DNA from: a virus
Taxonomy: Duplodnaviria > Heunggongvirae > Uroviricota > Caudoviricetes
DNA: 20,366 nt
Direction: 5' to 3' (one strand)
IMG/VR virus record: IMGVR_UViG_3300031760_000026
A program made the position numbers and the translations under genes. The notes beneath the pieces were generated by a model. It made no database searches. It saw only the letters and a list, made by a program, of their open reading frames with translations, and was not told the origin of the DNA. How positions within the stretch are numbered: the stretch's first letter is position 1; each line of letters starts with the position of its first letter. Of this stretch, positions 1-9,224 are shown piece after piece.

Positions 1-553
1 CTGTATCATAGACTATTGCAGTTGCAGCAGTCTGATTAGTTCTCTTTCCGCCGTTAACTCCAGATGAGTCGTCAATGGAATAAGAATAGGAAGATACATT
101 GCCATCGGTTTCGATAGTTAATGTATATGAATTTTTAATTCCACCTAAAGTTAATTCATAAGGAACTTCAGCGTATCCTTCAGCAGGACTGCAAAGAGCA
201 TAGATTTTCAAGTTTGAAGTATTGTTCTGCTCGGGGAGGTTAAACCATTCGCTATAAACCGCGTGGAATCCGACTCCTTCTCTAGTCCATCCCCAATAAG
301 TATCTAGAAGTTTCGTTCCAGATGCGTTACTTCCAAGATATACCTTCAAAGTAGCTGTAGGATAAGAACTATATGGTGCATAATAAAAATAGGCTTGGAC
401 CTGGATTTTTACTTTTCCGGCAGAGGAAGACTTACCTTGACGGATATAAAGTCGGACATAAATATTGCCGCCTCCACCAGATGCACTTTGTTGGGAAGTC
501 GACCCACCAGAGCCAGAAGTTCCTCCATCAATCGGTATATATTCCGCAGGCAT
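1..553 (-). CDS. Tail fibre / receptor-binding protein, N-terminal part (runs off the window edge; not in the ORF track)
   Basis: Manual translation from ATG at 553 (SD-like AGGTG at 562-566) gives MPAEYIPIDGGTSGSGGSTSQQSASGGGGNIYVRLYIRQGKSSSAGKVKIQVQAYFYY...TAIVYDT, open for 184 codons to base 1. It is beta-rich and follows the baseplate genes. The product call rests on position only. Confidence 0.75.
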   Translation of the reverse strand, partial: MPAEYIPIDGGTSGSGGSTSQQSASGGGGNIYVRLYIRQGKSSSAGKVKIQVQAYFYYAPYSSYPTATLKVYLGSNASGTKLLDTYWGWTREGVGFHAVYSEWFNLPEQNNTSNLKIYALCSPAEGYAEVPYELTLGGIKNSYTLTIETDGNVSSYSYSIDDSSGVNGGKRTNQTAATAIVYDT

Positions 554-567
554 ATGCAATCACCTAC

Positions 568-1083
568 TTAGTCTGCCTTAAGCAAGAAAATAGTTCCTTC
601 GGGAGCATCTGCAGGAAGTGTGTCTCCATACTGAATTTTCGCGGAAGCAACCGCCTTCCTTACGATTGAAGTTGCTCCAGAAGATCCCAATGCTACCATG
701 CAAATTTCTGCTTCATACAAAGTTCCAGATCCAGTGTTAACATCTTGCTGAACTAAATTCGTAAAAGTAGTTAAAGCATTTGCGTAGTCAACTGCAAAAT
801 ACACCTGACCGAACTGTTCAGTTGTAGCAGTTTTAGAAAGATCGAGAACCGCTTTAATTCTTGCATAGCCGCTAGTTCCTTCGACAGAAATTGCCTGAGA
901 TCCGGTTACTGCAAAAATACCACCAGCCACATTCATTAAACCGCTAGTAATAGTAACGTTGCTACCGCTCGCCGTAATATTACAGCCTTCAATAATTCCA
1001 TCACTTAATGCTGAGTGGAATCCACCACGAAGTCCTTTTGCAGTTGGTGCCTGGTTATCAAATATAATTCCTTTTATAGCCAT
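568..1083 (-). CDS. Minor tail / upper-baseplate-like protein (171 aa)
   Basis: Coupled 3 nt downstream of Dit. Beta-rich, with a C-terminal 'IQYGDTLPADAPEGTIFL' of the kind seen at the ends of baseplate and fibre proteins. Function is inferred from synteny. Confidence 0.6.
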   Translation of the reverse strand: MAIKGIIFDNQAPTAKGLRGGFHSALSDGIIEGCNITASGSNVTITSGLMNVAGGIFAVTGSQAISVEGTSGYARIKAVLDLSKTATTEQFGQVYFAVDYANALTTFTNLVQQDVNTGSGTLYEAEICMVALGSSGATSIVRKAVASAKIQYGDTLPADAPEGTIFLLKAD

Positions 1084-1086
1084 TTA

Positions 1087-1983
1087 TTAAATGCTCCTAT
1101 AATAAAAATACACGAAACCATTCACCTGGCCGCTTAACGACTCGCTATCGGCAATGGTTAAATTACAAACTTCACTTAATGGAGCCTTGAAGAAAGGCTC
1201 GCTGGTTAAATCAATATAAGGCAGAAGATCTGTTTCATTGCCAAGAATGTCATATGATTTAATGTAAGAATCCTCGTACATAGTTGACAATTCAATGGTT
1301 GATCCGGCTCCGAATGAACGATTAATTGAACACTTTCCATACTCAATTCCGGTTTCTACGCCAACAAGTTTAATTACTGGATTTGAGCACTCGCCTTTAA
1401 TCGTAATCTTCAAGGCCGGAGGAAGATGGCCAGCAGGATGGATCTCGGAAACATAAGAAGCCGAAGAAGATCCGATCAGCACGTCAGTCGAATCGTTCTC
1501 GTCGTCTCCAAAATAGCTTCCCGGAACATTATCAGTGCCAAAAGTAAATGCTGTTATATCTTCACCAATCATAGAAATGGATGCCGGAGTAGGGATATAC
1601 CATGGACTCAAATACCTTAATCGGAGAGGTATTTCTAAATAGCCTAGTTGATTGATTTCTGTTTTCTGAAAAGACTCAATCTCAACATGGATATAGTAAT
1701 CTACATCGATTGGCCTATAGATGAAATAGAGCTGCTTTGATTGCATGCACCAATTTATGAAGTCGTTATAGAGTCTATAAGGATCTTTCATAAAATTGAG
1801 TTTACCACCGATGACCCGCTGATTATGTTTTTTAGAAACCATTCGGAAGAAACCCTCGCCAATATCGGCGAAGGTATCTCCAAATTCAAGACCGAGACCT
1901 TCTGGTTCAGTTAAGAAGATCCCGGTCTCGTTGTTTAATGGAATGCGATTGCCTAACTCATTTTGCATATAAAATAATCTCAT
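1087..1983 (-). CDS. Distal tail protein (Dit, baseplate hub)
   Basis: 298 aa; ATGA overlap with the tape measure stop codon; size, position and the 'PLRLRYLSPWY' segment fit Dit. Confidence 0.8.
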   Translation of the reverse strand: MRLFYMQNELGNRIPLNNETGIFLTEPEGLGLEFGDTFADIGEGFFRMVSKKHNQRVIGGKLNFMKDPYRLYNDFINWCMQSKQLYFIYRPIDVDYYIHVEIESFQKTEINQLGYLEIPLRLRYLSPWYIPTPASISMIGEDITAFTFGTDNVPGSYFGDDENDSTDVLIGSSSASYVSEIHPAGHLPPALKITIKGECSNPVIKLVGVETGIEYGKCSINRSFGAGSTIELSTMYEDSYIKSYDILGNETDLLPYIDLTSEPFFKAPLSEVCNLTIADSESLSGQVNGFVYFYYRSI

Positions 1984-4900
1984 AACGAGCCAAGCCTCCT
2001 ATTAATGCGACCGGCGAAAGCACCATCGTCAAAGTACAAATCGCTTCCATTTTGAATTTCTTTAAGGATAGCGTTGCCGAGAGTAAGAAACTCTTTAATC
2101 TGCATCGGCGTAATAGACTGCTGTTGCTGCTCAGGCATGGAAAGGGATGGAGCAGCCAAGCTCATGGAGTAATCGGTAAGTGAACGAAGCTCTCCCATGC
2201 CAGATCTAATCTCACTCAAATCTAATACTGGAGTAATTGTCGGATTAGTATCCATTCCAGACTCAATCAACTGAGATAGATTTGAAACAGCAGAAGATAC
2301 TCCATCCATTGGTGCATTGCCCAGATCTTCGCCAACATGCATTGCTTTGCGAAGCATACTGCTGATGCCAATTACCCAACCTTCACCAAAGAATTCACCA
2401 GACCGCATCGCAGCCTTGGAAGGTGAAGCAATCTCCACGGCAGAATCAGCGCCTTCTTTTGCAGAAGTCGACAGGGAAGCACCAGCAGACCTAGCATCTC
2501 CAAGTTTTCCGAGGATACCATTGATAAACCCAGAAGCAACAAATCCGCCAGAAGAAACCCAAGATCCTTCGGTGCTGTCCACACCTTCAGATCCGGAATT
2601 TCCAAGTTGAGTTCCTGCATCCTGAACTTGAGGGTTAGTCTCCAAAAGTCCTGAAATAAATTCAGTTCCGGCACCAGAACCGGAGCTAAACATCTCAGGG
2701 CCAATTCCATCAAGACCAGAAGTGAGAGAAGCTCCAAGAGTAGTTCCAATGCCATCAGCGCCATCCATAGAAGATGTTATACCCTCAATTAAGTTGGAGC
2801 CAAGATTTTGTCCACTAGCCTGCACAGTCGGAGCAGCTGCATCAACACCAGATGCTACAGAAGAGGCAGCAGCTTCGCCACCAGCCGATAGATCGGTTTC
2901 AGCAACGACAGTATCCAATTCCATTTTAAGCCCTTCAAGACCTGCTGCTAGTTTTCCACCAATACCGGGAATTCCAGCAACAAGTTCTTCAAGAACTTCA
3001 AGAAATGTATTAACTATTGATTTACCAAGGTTTAAAACGGCAGCTATAAGCATTGGGCCATTGGAATTCATCGCAACGGCCATTCCATTTATAAAATTGA
3101 CAATAAGCGCAACGCCAGCCACAGCAAGAGGGCCAATTTGAGCAGATACCGCATTAATTAGACCGACTATAAGTTGAAGTCCGGCACTTGCTATCGCAGG
3201 AGCTGCCGATGCTAAAACTTGTAAAACGCCAACAACAAGTGAGCCAATAGCGCTAGCAATGGCGACCGCAGAAGAAGCTATTCCGCCAGCAATAGATGCA
3301 ATTAGTAAAGCAATTGCGCCAGCTAAAGATGCACCAATCACGCCAATACCAGCAATAAGTGTCGCAAGAGAAGCGACAATTGCAGCAGCACCAGCTGTCA
3401 TGCCAGCAGCAAGAGAGGTCATGCCAGCACCGAGAAGCATCATACCTGCACCAGCTAAAACAACTGCTAACCCAAATACTGCCAAGCTGCCGGATAAAGC
3501 TAAAATCATTGGAGCGATCGGGCCCAAAAGAAGTCCAGCAACACCTATTATTGCAAAAGCAGCAGCGAGGCCAAGCAACGCGGTGACCATGGATAATGGA
3601 CTAATAGCGCTGAGTACTGAAATAGCGCCAGCAAGAACAAGGATGGACGCGGATGCGACTAATAGTGCTGCAGAAGCGCCTACCGTTCCTTTCATAAAGT
3701 TAAGAGCTAATGCAATTTCAAGAAGGGCTGCTCCAATTCCAGCAACTCCTTGTAAAGCGGCTCCTTCACTTAGGCTTCCAATACTGCTTATAACAGAAGA
3801 AAGAATTGCTAAAGATGCGGCAACAACCAATATAGAGCCAGCAGAGCCCATCTTTCCTTGGACATTTCCGAGATATGACATAAGAACACCAATGCCAGCC
3901 ATTAAAGCACCAACAGAAGCCATTCCCTGAACAAGTGCATCAGGGTCCATATTAGCCAGTTCTTGAACAGAATTGACCAACACGCTAATCCCTGCTGCGA
4001 TTCCAAGCATACCAAGACCTTGAGAAATACCACCAGACCCTTTAGTAATAGCTTCAAATGCTGTTAACGCTCCAATCAAAGCAATTACAGCAACAGTTCC
4101 TTGGATCAATTCGCCAGTATCCATACTCCCCAATGACTTCGTAACACCGGCAAGTATGGCAATCGCTGCTGCGATTCCAATAAGTCCAAGAGCACTAGTC
4201 TTCATCTTTCCAGAAACCTTAGAAAGAGAAGCTGCCGAAATTGTTAGACCCGCAAGTAAAGCAGATACAGCAGCAAGGCCATGCTCCATCGAAGTCTCGT
4301 CAAGACCTGCTATCATTTTTAATGCTCCGGCCATAATGAAAACCGCAGCGGCCATGCCGACAAGGCCTTTAATTCCCTTGCTAGATTTCTTAGAAACTTG
4401 AGCTAATGAGGCTGCGGCTATTGTTAGCCCGGCCAGCATTGCAGAAATAGCCGCCAAAGAATGCTCCATAGCAGTCTCATCTATTCCGGAGATCATTCTT
4501 AACGCTCCAGCCATAATAAGTACTGCTCCAGCCATAGCAATCATACTTAAAACTGCTTTGGAAGAACCCGCAGAAAAAGCGCCAACATATTTTCCAAGCA
4601 AAGCGGTTGCTAAAACTAATTCACCAAGAAGAACGCCGAGACCAAGTAATCCAGTAGCCATGGAAGATGGATCAATGGCACTCAGTATCACAAGAGCTCC
4701 AGCAAGCATTAAAAGTGCTGTGGCTATTTTCTTTAGTCCATCAATTTTAATAGAGTTTGTAAAAGTAGAGATTGCATCAGATAAGCCTTCAAAAATATCA
4801 GTAATAGGCTCTAGTATTTTACTGACATCAATCCGGCCATCCTTTTTAAAGCTCTTTAAAAAATCATTAACTTTTTTAACTACAGAAGTTAATAATAAAA

Positions 4901-6875
4901 TTAAAGCAGCTCCACCACCAGCACTCAAAGCGGAAGCTGCTTTTTGAAAATCAAAGTTCTTAAAGAAGTTTTTGAAAGCATTTCCAATAGTATTTAATGT
5001 TTTGCTTCCAAACTCCTTTAATTTTGCGCCAATGCCAGAAAAATCGGATGCGAAATTCTTAATTTGATCTTTTAATGAAGAGAAAGATGCTCCAAGATTC
5101 CTAAGTTTCTCTCCTATTGATGGAATATCTAAGCCAAACTTCTTAGCTTTATCTCTTACAGATGCGAACATATCTCCAAAGCTCTTTAATTTTTTGCCTA
5201 TGGATGGTAAATCTAAATGAAACTCCTTAAGCTTTCCGTAAACAGTCGTAAAAGCTTTTCCAAGGTTGATTTGAAGATTTGCCAATTTGGCGCTAGTATC
5301 AGCAAAAAACTTAGCGGCCTTTGGAGAATTGTTTAATTCTGTAAGAAACCGACCGGCTTTAGCGGCAGCTTGAATTGCCTGACCTCCAAACTTCTTTAAA
5401 GCCTCGCCAGTCGGAGCTAAGCCAACAAATACGCTCTTAAAACCTCTTCCAATCAATGACAGACCAGAAGCTACTCCTTTAGAGATGTCTTTAATTATCT
5501 GCAGATTCTTTATTGCATTTTTATTGACAATTTCGCTCTCTGCCGTTTTTGTCCAATTTGGATTCTTGACAAGAGTCAATACTTTTTTTGTTGCTGCAAA
5601 ATTATCTGCAAATTTCTGAGTAAGATTAGAAATAGACTTTGTCATGCCAAGAAGTTTTTCAGAAGTCATTGCTGGAAATACTTCTTTAAATGATTCTTTT
5701 ACAGAACTGGCAATGCCCTTCAAACCTTCCCATGCATTCGAGATGGCTTTTAAAGCTTCCTTATATCCACCAGCTTCATGCCATTCTTGAAGCATTTCAT
5801 TACGAGCTTCGGCGCTTCCAGCAAATACTTCAATCATCTCATTGGCGACATTAGTCCATAACTTGCGAGCTTCATCATAATTACCGAAAACGAGTTCCCA
5901 AGTTTTAGACCAACCAGTACTCACAGCATCTTTGGTAGCTTCGACAGCGTCATTGAATGTTTTAGCTTCTTGTGCCGCATGGTAAGCATTTAAACCAAAT
6001 TCAGTCGTCTGATCGGCATACTTAGACAATGTAGCTAACAGTACGTCAGTATCCAGCCAGCCTTCATGAAGAGTCTGATCGAAATTCTTATATGTAATTT
6101 CCGTCTTCTTAGCAGATAATGCCAATCCATCCTGCGAAGTTTCCAATTTACCCAATTCAATAGCTGTTTGAATAGCAGTTTCTTTAAACTGCTTTGTGCC
6201 CATATTAAGAAGATTTATAGACTTCCAGTCCTGCATCTTCATTGCACCAGCTGAAATCGCCTGAGATAAATTATAAAATGCGGAAGCCGCTTTTGCTGGA
6301 CCAACACCAGCCGTGGCTGCCCAGTTAGCAATGCCCTCCATTGCATCTTCGGCAATATTTAAATCTACACCGGCAGAAGTAAATTTACCAATGCTACTAA
6401 CCATATCAGTAAAGTTGTAGCTAGTTTCATCAGTATAAACATTTAACTTATCAAGTACCTTGGACACATCGTCTATAGATTTGCCAGTTGCGTTCATGAT
6501 CGTCTGAACAGCTTCAGTCTTTTGAGCATATTTACTAAAGCCAGCCCCAATTTGGTCAACAGAAAGCGACTTAATCGCTGAAGCAGCTCGAGAACCTAAA
6601 CGAATAAAACCGTCAGTAAGACGGCGAAGAACTTGATCACCCATGATGCCAAGCGCCGAAAATCGACTTACTACAGTATCAAGTCCCGAAATAGCACCGC
6701 TAACACTAAAGCCAGAGAAAGCAGTGCCGATTGATTGCAAATTATCACTTGCACTTTTTAAATTTAGTGCAGATTTTAATCTATCTAAAGTACCAAGAGA
6801 TTTGCTAACGCCTTGTTCAAACTGGGCATTATCAAATCGCATTTCTACTATGCGTTCGTCAACTGATGGGCTCAT
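1980..6875 (-). CDS. Tape measure protein (1631 aa)
   Basis: N-terminal tape-measure domain (VQTIMNATG...YTDETSYNFTDMV), long Ala/Gly/Leu amphipathic and hydrophobic repeats, canonical position before Dit. Confidence 0.95.
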   Translation of the reverse strand: MSPSVDERIVEMRFDNAQFEQGVSKSLGTLDRLKSALNLKSASDNLQSIGTAFSGFSVSGAISGLDTVVSRFSALGIMGDQVLRRLTDGFIRLGSRAASAIKSLSVDQIGAGFSKYAQKTEAVQTIMNATGKSIDDVSKVLDKLNVYTDETSYNFTDMVSSIGKFTSAGVDLNIAEDAMEGIANWAATAGVGPAKAASAFYNLSQAISAGAMKMQDWKSINLLNMGTKQFKETAIQTAIELGKLETSQDGLALSAKKTEITYKNFDQTLHEGWLDTDVLLATLSKYADQTTEFGLNAYHAAQEAKTFNDAVEATKDAVSTGWSKTWELVFGNYDEARKLWTNVANEMIEVFAGSAEARNEMLQEWHEAGGYKEALKAISNAWEGLKGIASSVKESFKEVFPAMTSEKLLGMTKSISNLTQKFADNFAATKKVLTLVKNPNWTKTAESEIVNKNAIKNLQIIKDISKGVASGLSLIGRGFKSVFVGLAPTGEALKKFGGQAIQAAAKAGRFLTELNNSPKAAKFFADTSAKLANLQINLGKAFTTVYGKLKEFHLDLPSIGKKLKSFGDMFASVRDKAKKFGLDIPSIGEKLRNLGASFSSLKDQIKNFASDFSGIGAKLKEFGSKTLNTIGNAFKNFFKNFDFQKAASALSAGGGAALILLLTSVVKKVNDFLKSFKKDGRIDVSKILEPITDIFEGLSDAISTFTNSIKIDGLKKIATALLMLAGALVILSAIDPSSMATGLLGLGVLLGELVLATALLGKYVGAFSAGSSKAVLSMIAMAGAVLIMAGALRMISGIDETAMEHSLAAISAMLAGLTIAAASLAQVSKKSSKGIKGLVGMAAAVFIMAGALKMIAGLDETSMEHGLAAVSALLAGLTISAASLSKVSGKMKTSALGLIGIAAAIAILAGVTKSLGSMDTGELIQGTVAVIALIGALTAFEAITKGSGGISQGLGMLGIAAGISVLVNSVQELANMDPDALVQGMASVGALMAGIGVLMSYLGNVQGKMGSAGSILVVAASLAILSSVISSIGSLSEGAALQGVAGIGAALLEIALALNFMKGTVGASAALLVASASILVLAGAISVLSAISPLSMVTALLGLAAAFAIIGVAGLLLGPIAPMILALSGSLAVFGLAVVLAGAGMMLLGAGMTSLAAGMTAGAAAIVASLATLIAGIGVIGASLAGAIALLIASIAGGIASSAVAIASAIGSLVVGVLQVLASAAPAIASAGLQLIVGLINAVSAQIGPLAVAGVALIVNFINGMAVAMNSNGPMLIAAVLNLGKSIVNTFLEVLEELVAGIPGIGGKLAAGLEGLKMELDTVVAETDLSAGGEAAASSVASGVDAAAPTVQASGQNLGSNLIEGITSSMDGADGIGTTLGASLTSGLDGIGPEMFSSGSGAGTEFISGLLETNPQVQDAGTQLGNSGSEGVDSTEGSWVSSGGFVASGFINGILGKLGDARSAGASLSTSAKEGADSAVEIASPSKAAMRSGEFFGEGWVIGISSMLRKAMHVGEDLGNAPMDGVSSAVSNLSQLIESGMDTNPTITPVLDLSEIRSGMGELRSLTDYSMSLAAPSLSMPEQQQQSITPMQIKEFLTLGNAILKEIQNGSDLYFDDGAFAGRINRRLGSL

Positions 6876-7249
6876 GCGTTAGAAATCTCCTTCCATACAG
6901 ATTCTGCTATTTCATCGAAAACGGGCTGGACTGCTGGGGGAATGTAATTTCTTCCCTGAACATAACCCCCAGTCCCAGTACCATGCCCATATTGTAAAAT
7001 AATTGCTATATTGACACCCTTGTTAACGTTCGAATTTGTCCATGCAATCGATGCTCCACCACTTCCACTTTCAACTGTAAAATCCCAGGAGTTTGCAGTG
7101 CGGCCAGAGCCAACTGGAGTAGCAGCGGCTAATGCATCGACCCCAATTCGTCCATACTGGCTTAAAATGGAATCGATTTTCAGTTTTCGAGCAAATCCTA
7201 AAAACTTTGTGGTTTTGTTAAAATTTCCTCTATGGACAAATCTAATCAT
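6872..7249 (-). CDS. HK97 gp10-like tail completion / neck protein
   Basis: Motifs 'ATPVGSGRTANSW' and 'ILQYGHGT...GRNYIPPA' are typical of the gp10-like family; overlaps the tape measure start. Confidence 0.7.
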   Translation of the reverse strand: MIRFVHRGNFNKTTKFLGFARKLKIDSILSQYGRIGVDALAAATPVGSGRTANSWDFTVESGSGGASIAWTNSNVNKGVNIAIILQYGHGTGTGGYVQGRNYIPPAVQPVFDEIAESVWKEISNA

Positions 7250-7255
7250 ATAAGC

Positions 7256-7798
7256 TCATCCTTTAGTATGCATTGATCTGCGCCTGCTTGCATTTAAGGC
7301 TCTTTGCTGGGCCATAATGTCCTTTTTCGACATCTTACGAGGCTGTTTGTTCTTTTCATTGCATACTTGAATTAATGTAATAAGTCTATTTAAATGCCAT
7401 TTCTGGCACTCCATCGGAATATTGTATGCAGTCATAAGGTAATAAAAAATCTCAGCTGTAAAAATCTCCCGATTTGGTCTTGCGTGCGGATCTTGCCGAA
7501 TAACAGTCGCGGTCATTGGATCATGAATATATGCATCTATTTCTTTAAGATTCTCTTGAGATAGACGCTTATACACATTAGGATCACTAACTTTTCCAAC
7601 TGTCATGCAGCGGATATAGTCTAATGATTCCTCGGTAGTTAATGACTTAGCCTGTAAAAACGGCTTCTTCCATTTTGATTCCCATTTGGAAAGAGAAAGC
7701 AATGAATGCTCTAAACTAAGCTCCGTTGCCGGAACGGTGAAAAACATTTGAGTTTTTCGATCATACAGCTCTTGCTCTGGAATGGAAATCGTAAGCAT
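7256..7798 (-). CDS. Second tail assembly chaperone (lambda gpT-position protein)
   Basis: Lies between the first chaperone and the tape measure; 'KWHLNRLITLIQV' resembles Gp15-like chaperones. Confidence 0.65.
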   Translation of the reverse strand: MLTISIPEQELYDRKTQMFFTVPATELSLEHSLLSLSKWESKWKKPFLQAKSLTTEESLDYIRCMTVGKVSDPNVYKRLSQENLKEIDAYIHDPMTATVIRQDPHARPNREIFTAEIFYYLMTAYNIPMECQKWHLNRLITLIQVCNEKNKQPRKMSKKDIMAQQRALNASRRRSMHTKG

Positions 7799-7800
7799 TG

Positions 7801-8169
7801 TTAATCAATCTGTGGGATAATCCCATTTACGAACTCAGCAGCCTTCTTGTCATCAGTAGCAAGCTCCATAAAGATCTTGTTATATGCCGGCGTCTGAGAA
7901 AAAGCCTTAGAGAGTTCTTCACTTTTAATAAACCGACGACCATCATCAGACTTCTCGCCATAAGCATCGAGTACAAGCTTCTTAAACAAGCGAATAATCT
8001 CTGCCTGATTGTCGGCTTTTACAATTTTCTCGATGTATGCTTTCAGTCCACCATCGACAGACACATACATCTCAGCAATTTCGGATTCATTGAAATCAAA
8101 ATAGAAATCTTCTTCGCGATTATTGCCATTGTAATCAACATACTTAATAGTCTTTTTAATCATATCCAT
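7801..8169 (-). CDS. Tail assembly chaperone (lambda gpG-like)
   Basis: 122 aa, directly after the major tail gene; strong SD (GAAAGGAG) at 8173-8180. Confidence 0.75.
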   Translation of the reverse strand: MDMIKKTIKYVDYNGNNREEDFYFDFNESEIAEMYVSVDGGLKAYIEKIVKADNQAEIIRLFKKLVLDAYGEKSDDGRRFIKSEELSKAFSQTPAYNKIFMELATDDKKAAEFVNGIIPQID

Positions 8170-8180
8170 TTTCTCCTTTC

Positions 8181-8223
8181 AAAAAAAAGAAAAGGGATGC
8201 CAGCCTAACTGAATACATCCCTT
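8181..8223 (-). terminator. Intrinsic terminator/attenuator after the major tail gene
   Basis: Stem AAGGGATG / CATCCCTT (8216-8223 and 8192-8199) with an inner CAG/CTG stem, followed on the minus strand by TTCTTTTTTTT. Confidence 0.75.
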
Positions 8224-8243
8224 ACAATTAATAAATATTAAGT

Positions 8244-8900
8244 CTAACTCAGCATTCCAATGACTTGGTCCGGTGTAGGCAAATGGGCCGTGCCTTCGCC
8301 AGTTTCAGGGCCATACAGAGCGTCTTCTAAAGTCTTCAGCTTCGTGGAATCAACTTTAGTAGAGTCAATAGTAATGCAGGCCGTGGGCTTATGGCCCGTC
8401 ACATTGACTGGTGTAGTGGTAAACTCCCAACTAAAGGTGATGGCCTCGGGGGAGTCATTGATGGTCTGATAAGCGCGCTCAGACGGAGAAGCAGTAGCGT
8501 TATAAATCAGATGCAGCTTATAGCCATGATCGTCACGCTCAGTGTCATTACCAAGCACGGTACGATAGCAAAGGCCAAACGGAGTACGAGGCTGCTGGCC
8601 AATAGTCACACCGGTAACGACAGAAGCAGATCCATCGCAGGGGGCCCACTCATCAGGATAGGTGTAAGCTTCAATAGTACCACCAAACTCTTCGGCAGCA
8701 CGAAGCTCAAGGTACTTAATATCATCCGCATACAGAGGATTAGCATCAGCGCCAGAAGGAGACTCAGTCACGGCCGTAAGACCATTCCAAGCAACACCAT
8801 TGGGATAATTGCCACCCGCAGCCTGAGGATAAAGAACGCCCATGCGAACACCAGTTTCATAAAAATGTTCGCCGGTTGCATCCCAAACAAGTCTACTCAT
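8244..8900 (-). CDS. Major tail (tube) protein
   Basis: 'AEEFGGTIEAYTYPDEW' and 'TINDSPEAITFSWEFTTTP' are phi13-type tail tube motifs; highly biased codon use. Confidence 0.9.
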   Translation of the reverse strand: MSRLVWDATGEHFYETGVRMGVLYPQAAGGNYPNGVAWNGLTAVTESPSGADANPLYADDIKYLELRAAEEFGGTIEAYTYPDEWAPCDGSASVVTGVTIGQQPRTPFGLCYRTVLGNDTERDDHGYKLHLIYNATASPSERAYQTINDSPEAITFSWEFTTTPVNVTGHKPTACITIDSTKVDSTKLKTLEDALYGPETGEGTAHLPTPDQVIGMLS

Positions 8901-8915
8901 TGGGAAATTCCTCCA

Positions 8916-9224
8916 TTAATAGTAAATTCGAAATACATCATGATGAAGATTATTTGTCGTAAATGATCTAGAATGCCGAATACGATCAAAAGACCTTAAC
9001 AGCATATCAGACAACTCTGAATCTGGATCACGATGTATATAAGTTAAGTCGTATCCAACAAAGCCTCGATACTGAGAGTCATCAGCTCTGATGTCATTTC
9101 TGTCAGCAATGTTGTATACAAAGCAATCGTATTGAAGTTTTACCGACTCTGGGGGCTGGAAATAAACATTTCTAGATCCAAGAATTGAACATAACTCTTC
9201 ATGGAGTTGCAAGCGTCTCGCCAT
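8916..9224 (-). CDS. Tail terminator protein (likely start MARR at 9224; ORF track start 9239)
   Basis: 'NVYFQPP' motif and position before the major tail gene; SD-like GGGGGTG upstream of 9224. Confidence 0.7.
   Translation of the reverse strand: MARRLQLHEELCSILGSRNVYFQPPESVKLQYDCFVYNIADRNDIRADDSQYRGFVGYDLTYIHRDPDSELSDMLLRSFDRIRHSRSFTTNNLHHDVFRIYY

Noticed and set aside
373-669. 98-aa plus-strand ORF from the track
   Set aside because: It overlaps two better-supported minus-strand genes (568..1083 and the 553-to-edge ORF with an SD).
2317-4947. Several Ala/Pro/Ile-rich plus-strand ORFs and one alternative-frame minus-strand ORF inside the tape measure gene
   Set aside because: By-products of repetitive Ala/Gly/Leu codons in the tape measure gene; no independent translation signals.
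7790-7830. Lambda G/T-type programmed -1 frameshift
   Set aside because: No slippery heptamer, and a TGA blocks the -1 frame at 7807-7805. Not annotated; the absence is reported as a finding.
8391-8966. 191-aa plus-strand ORF over the major tail gene
   Set aside because: In-register antisense shadow of a codon-biased gene.
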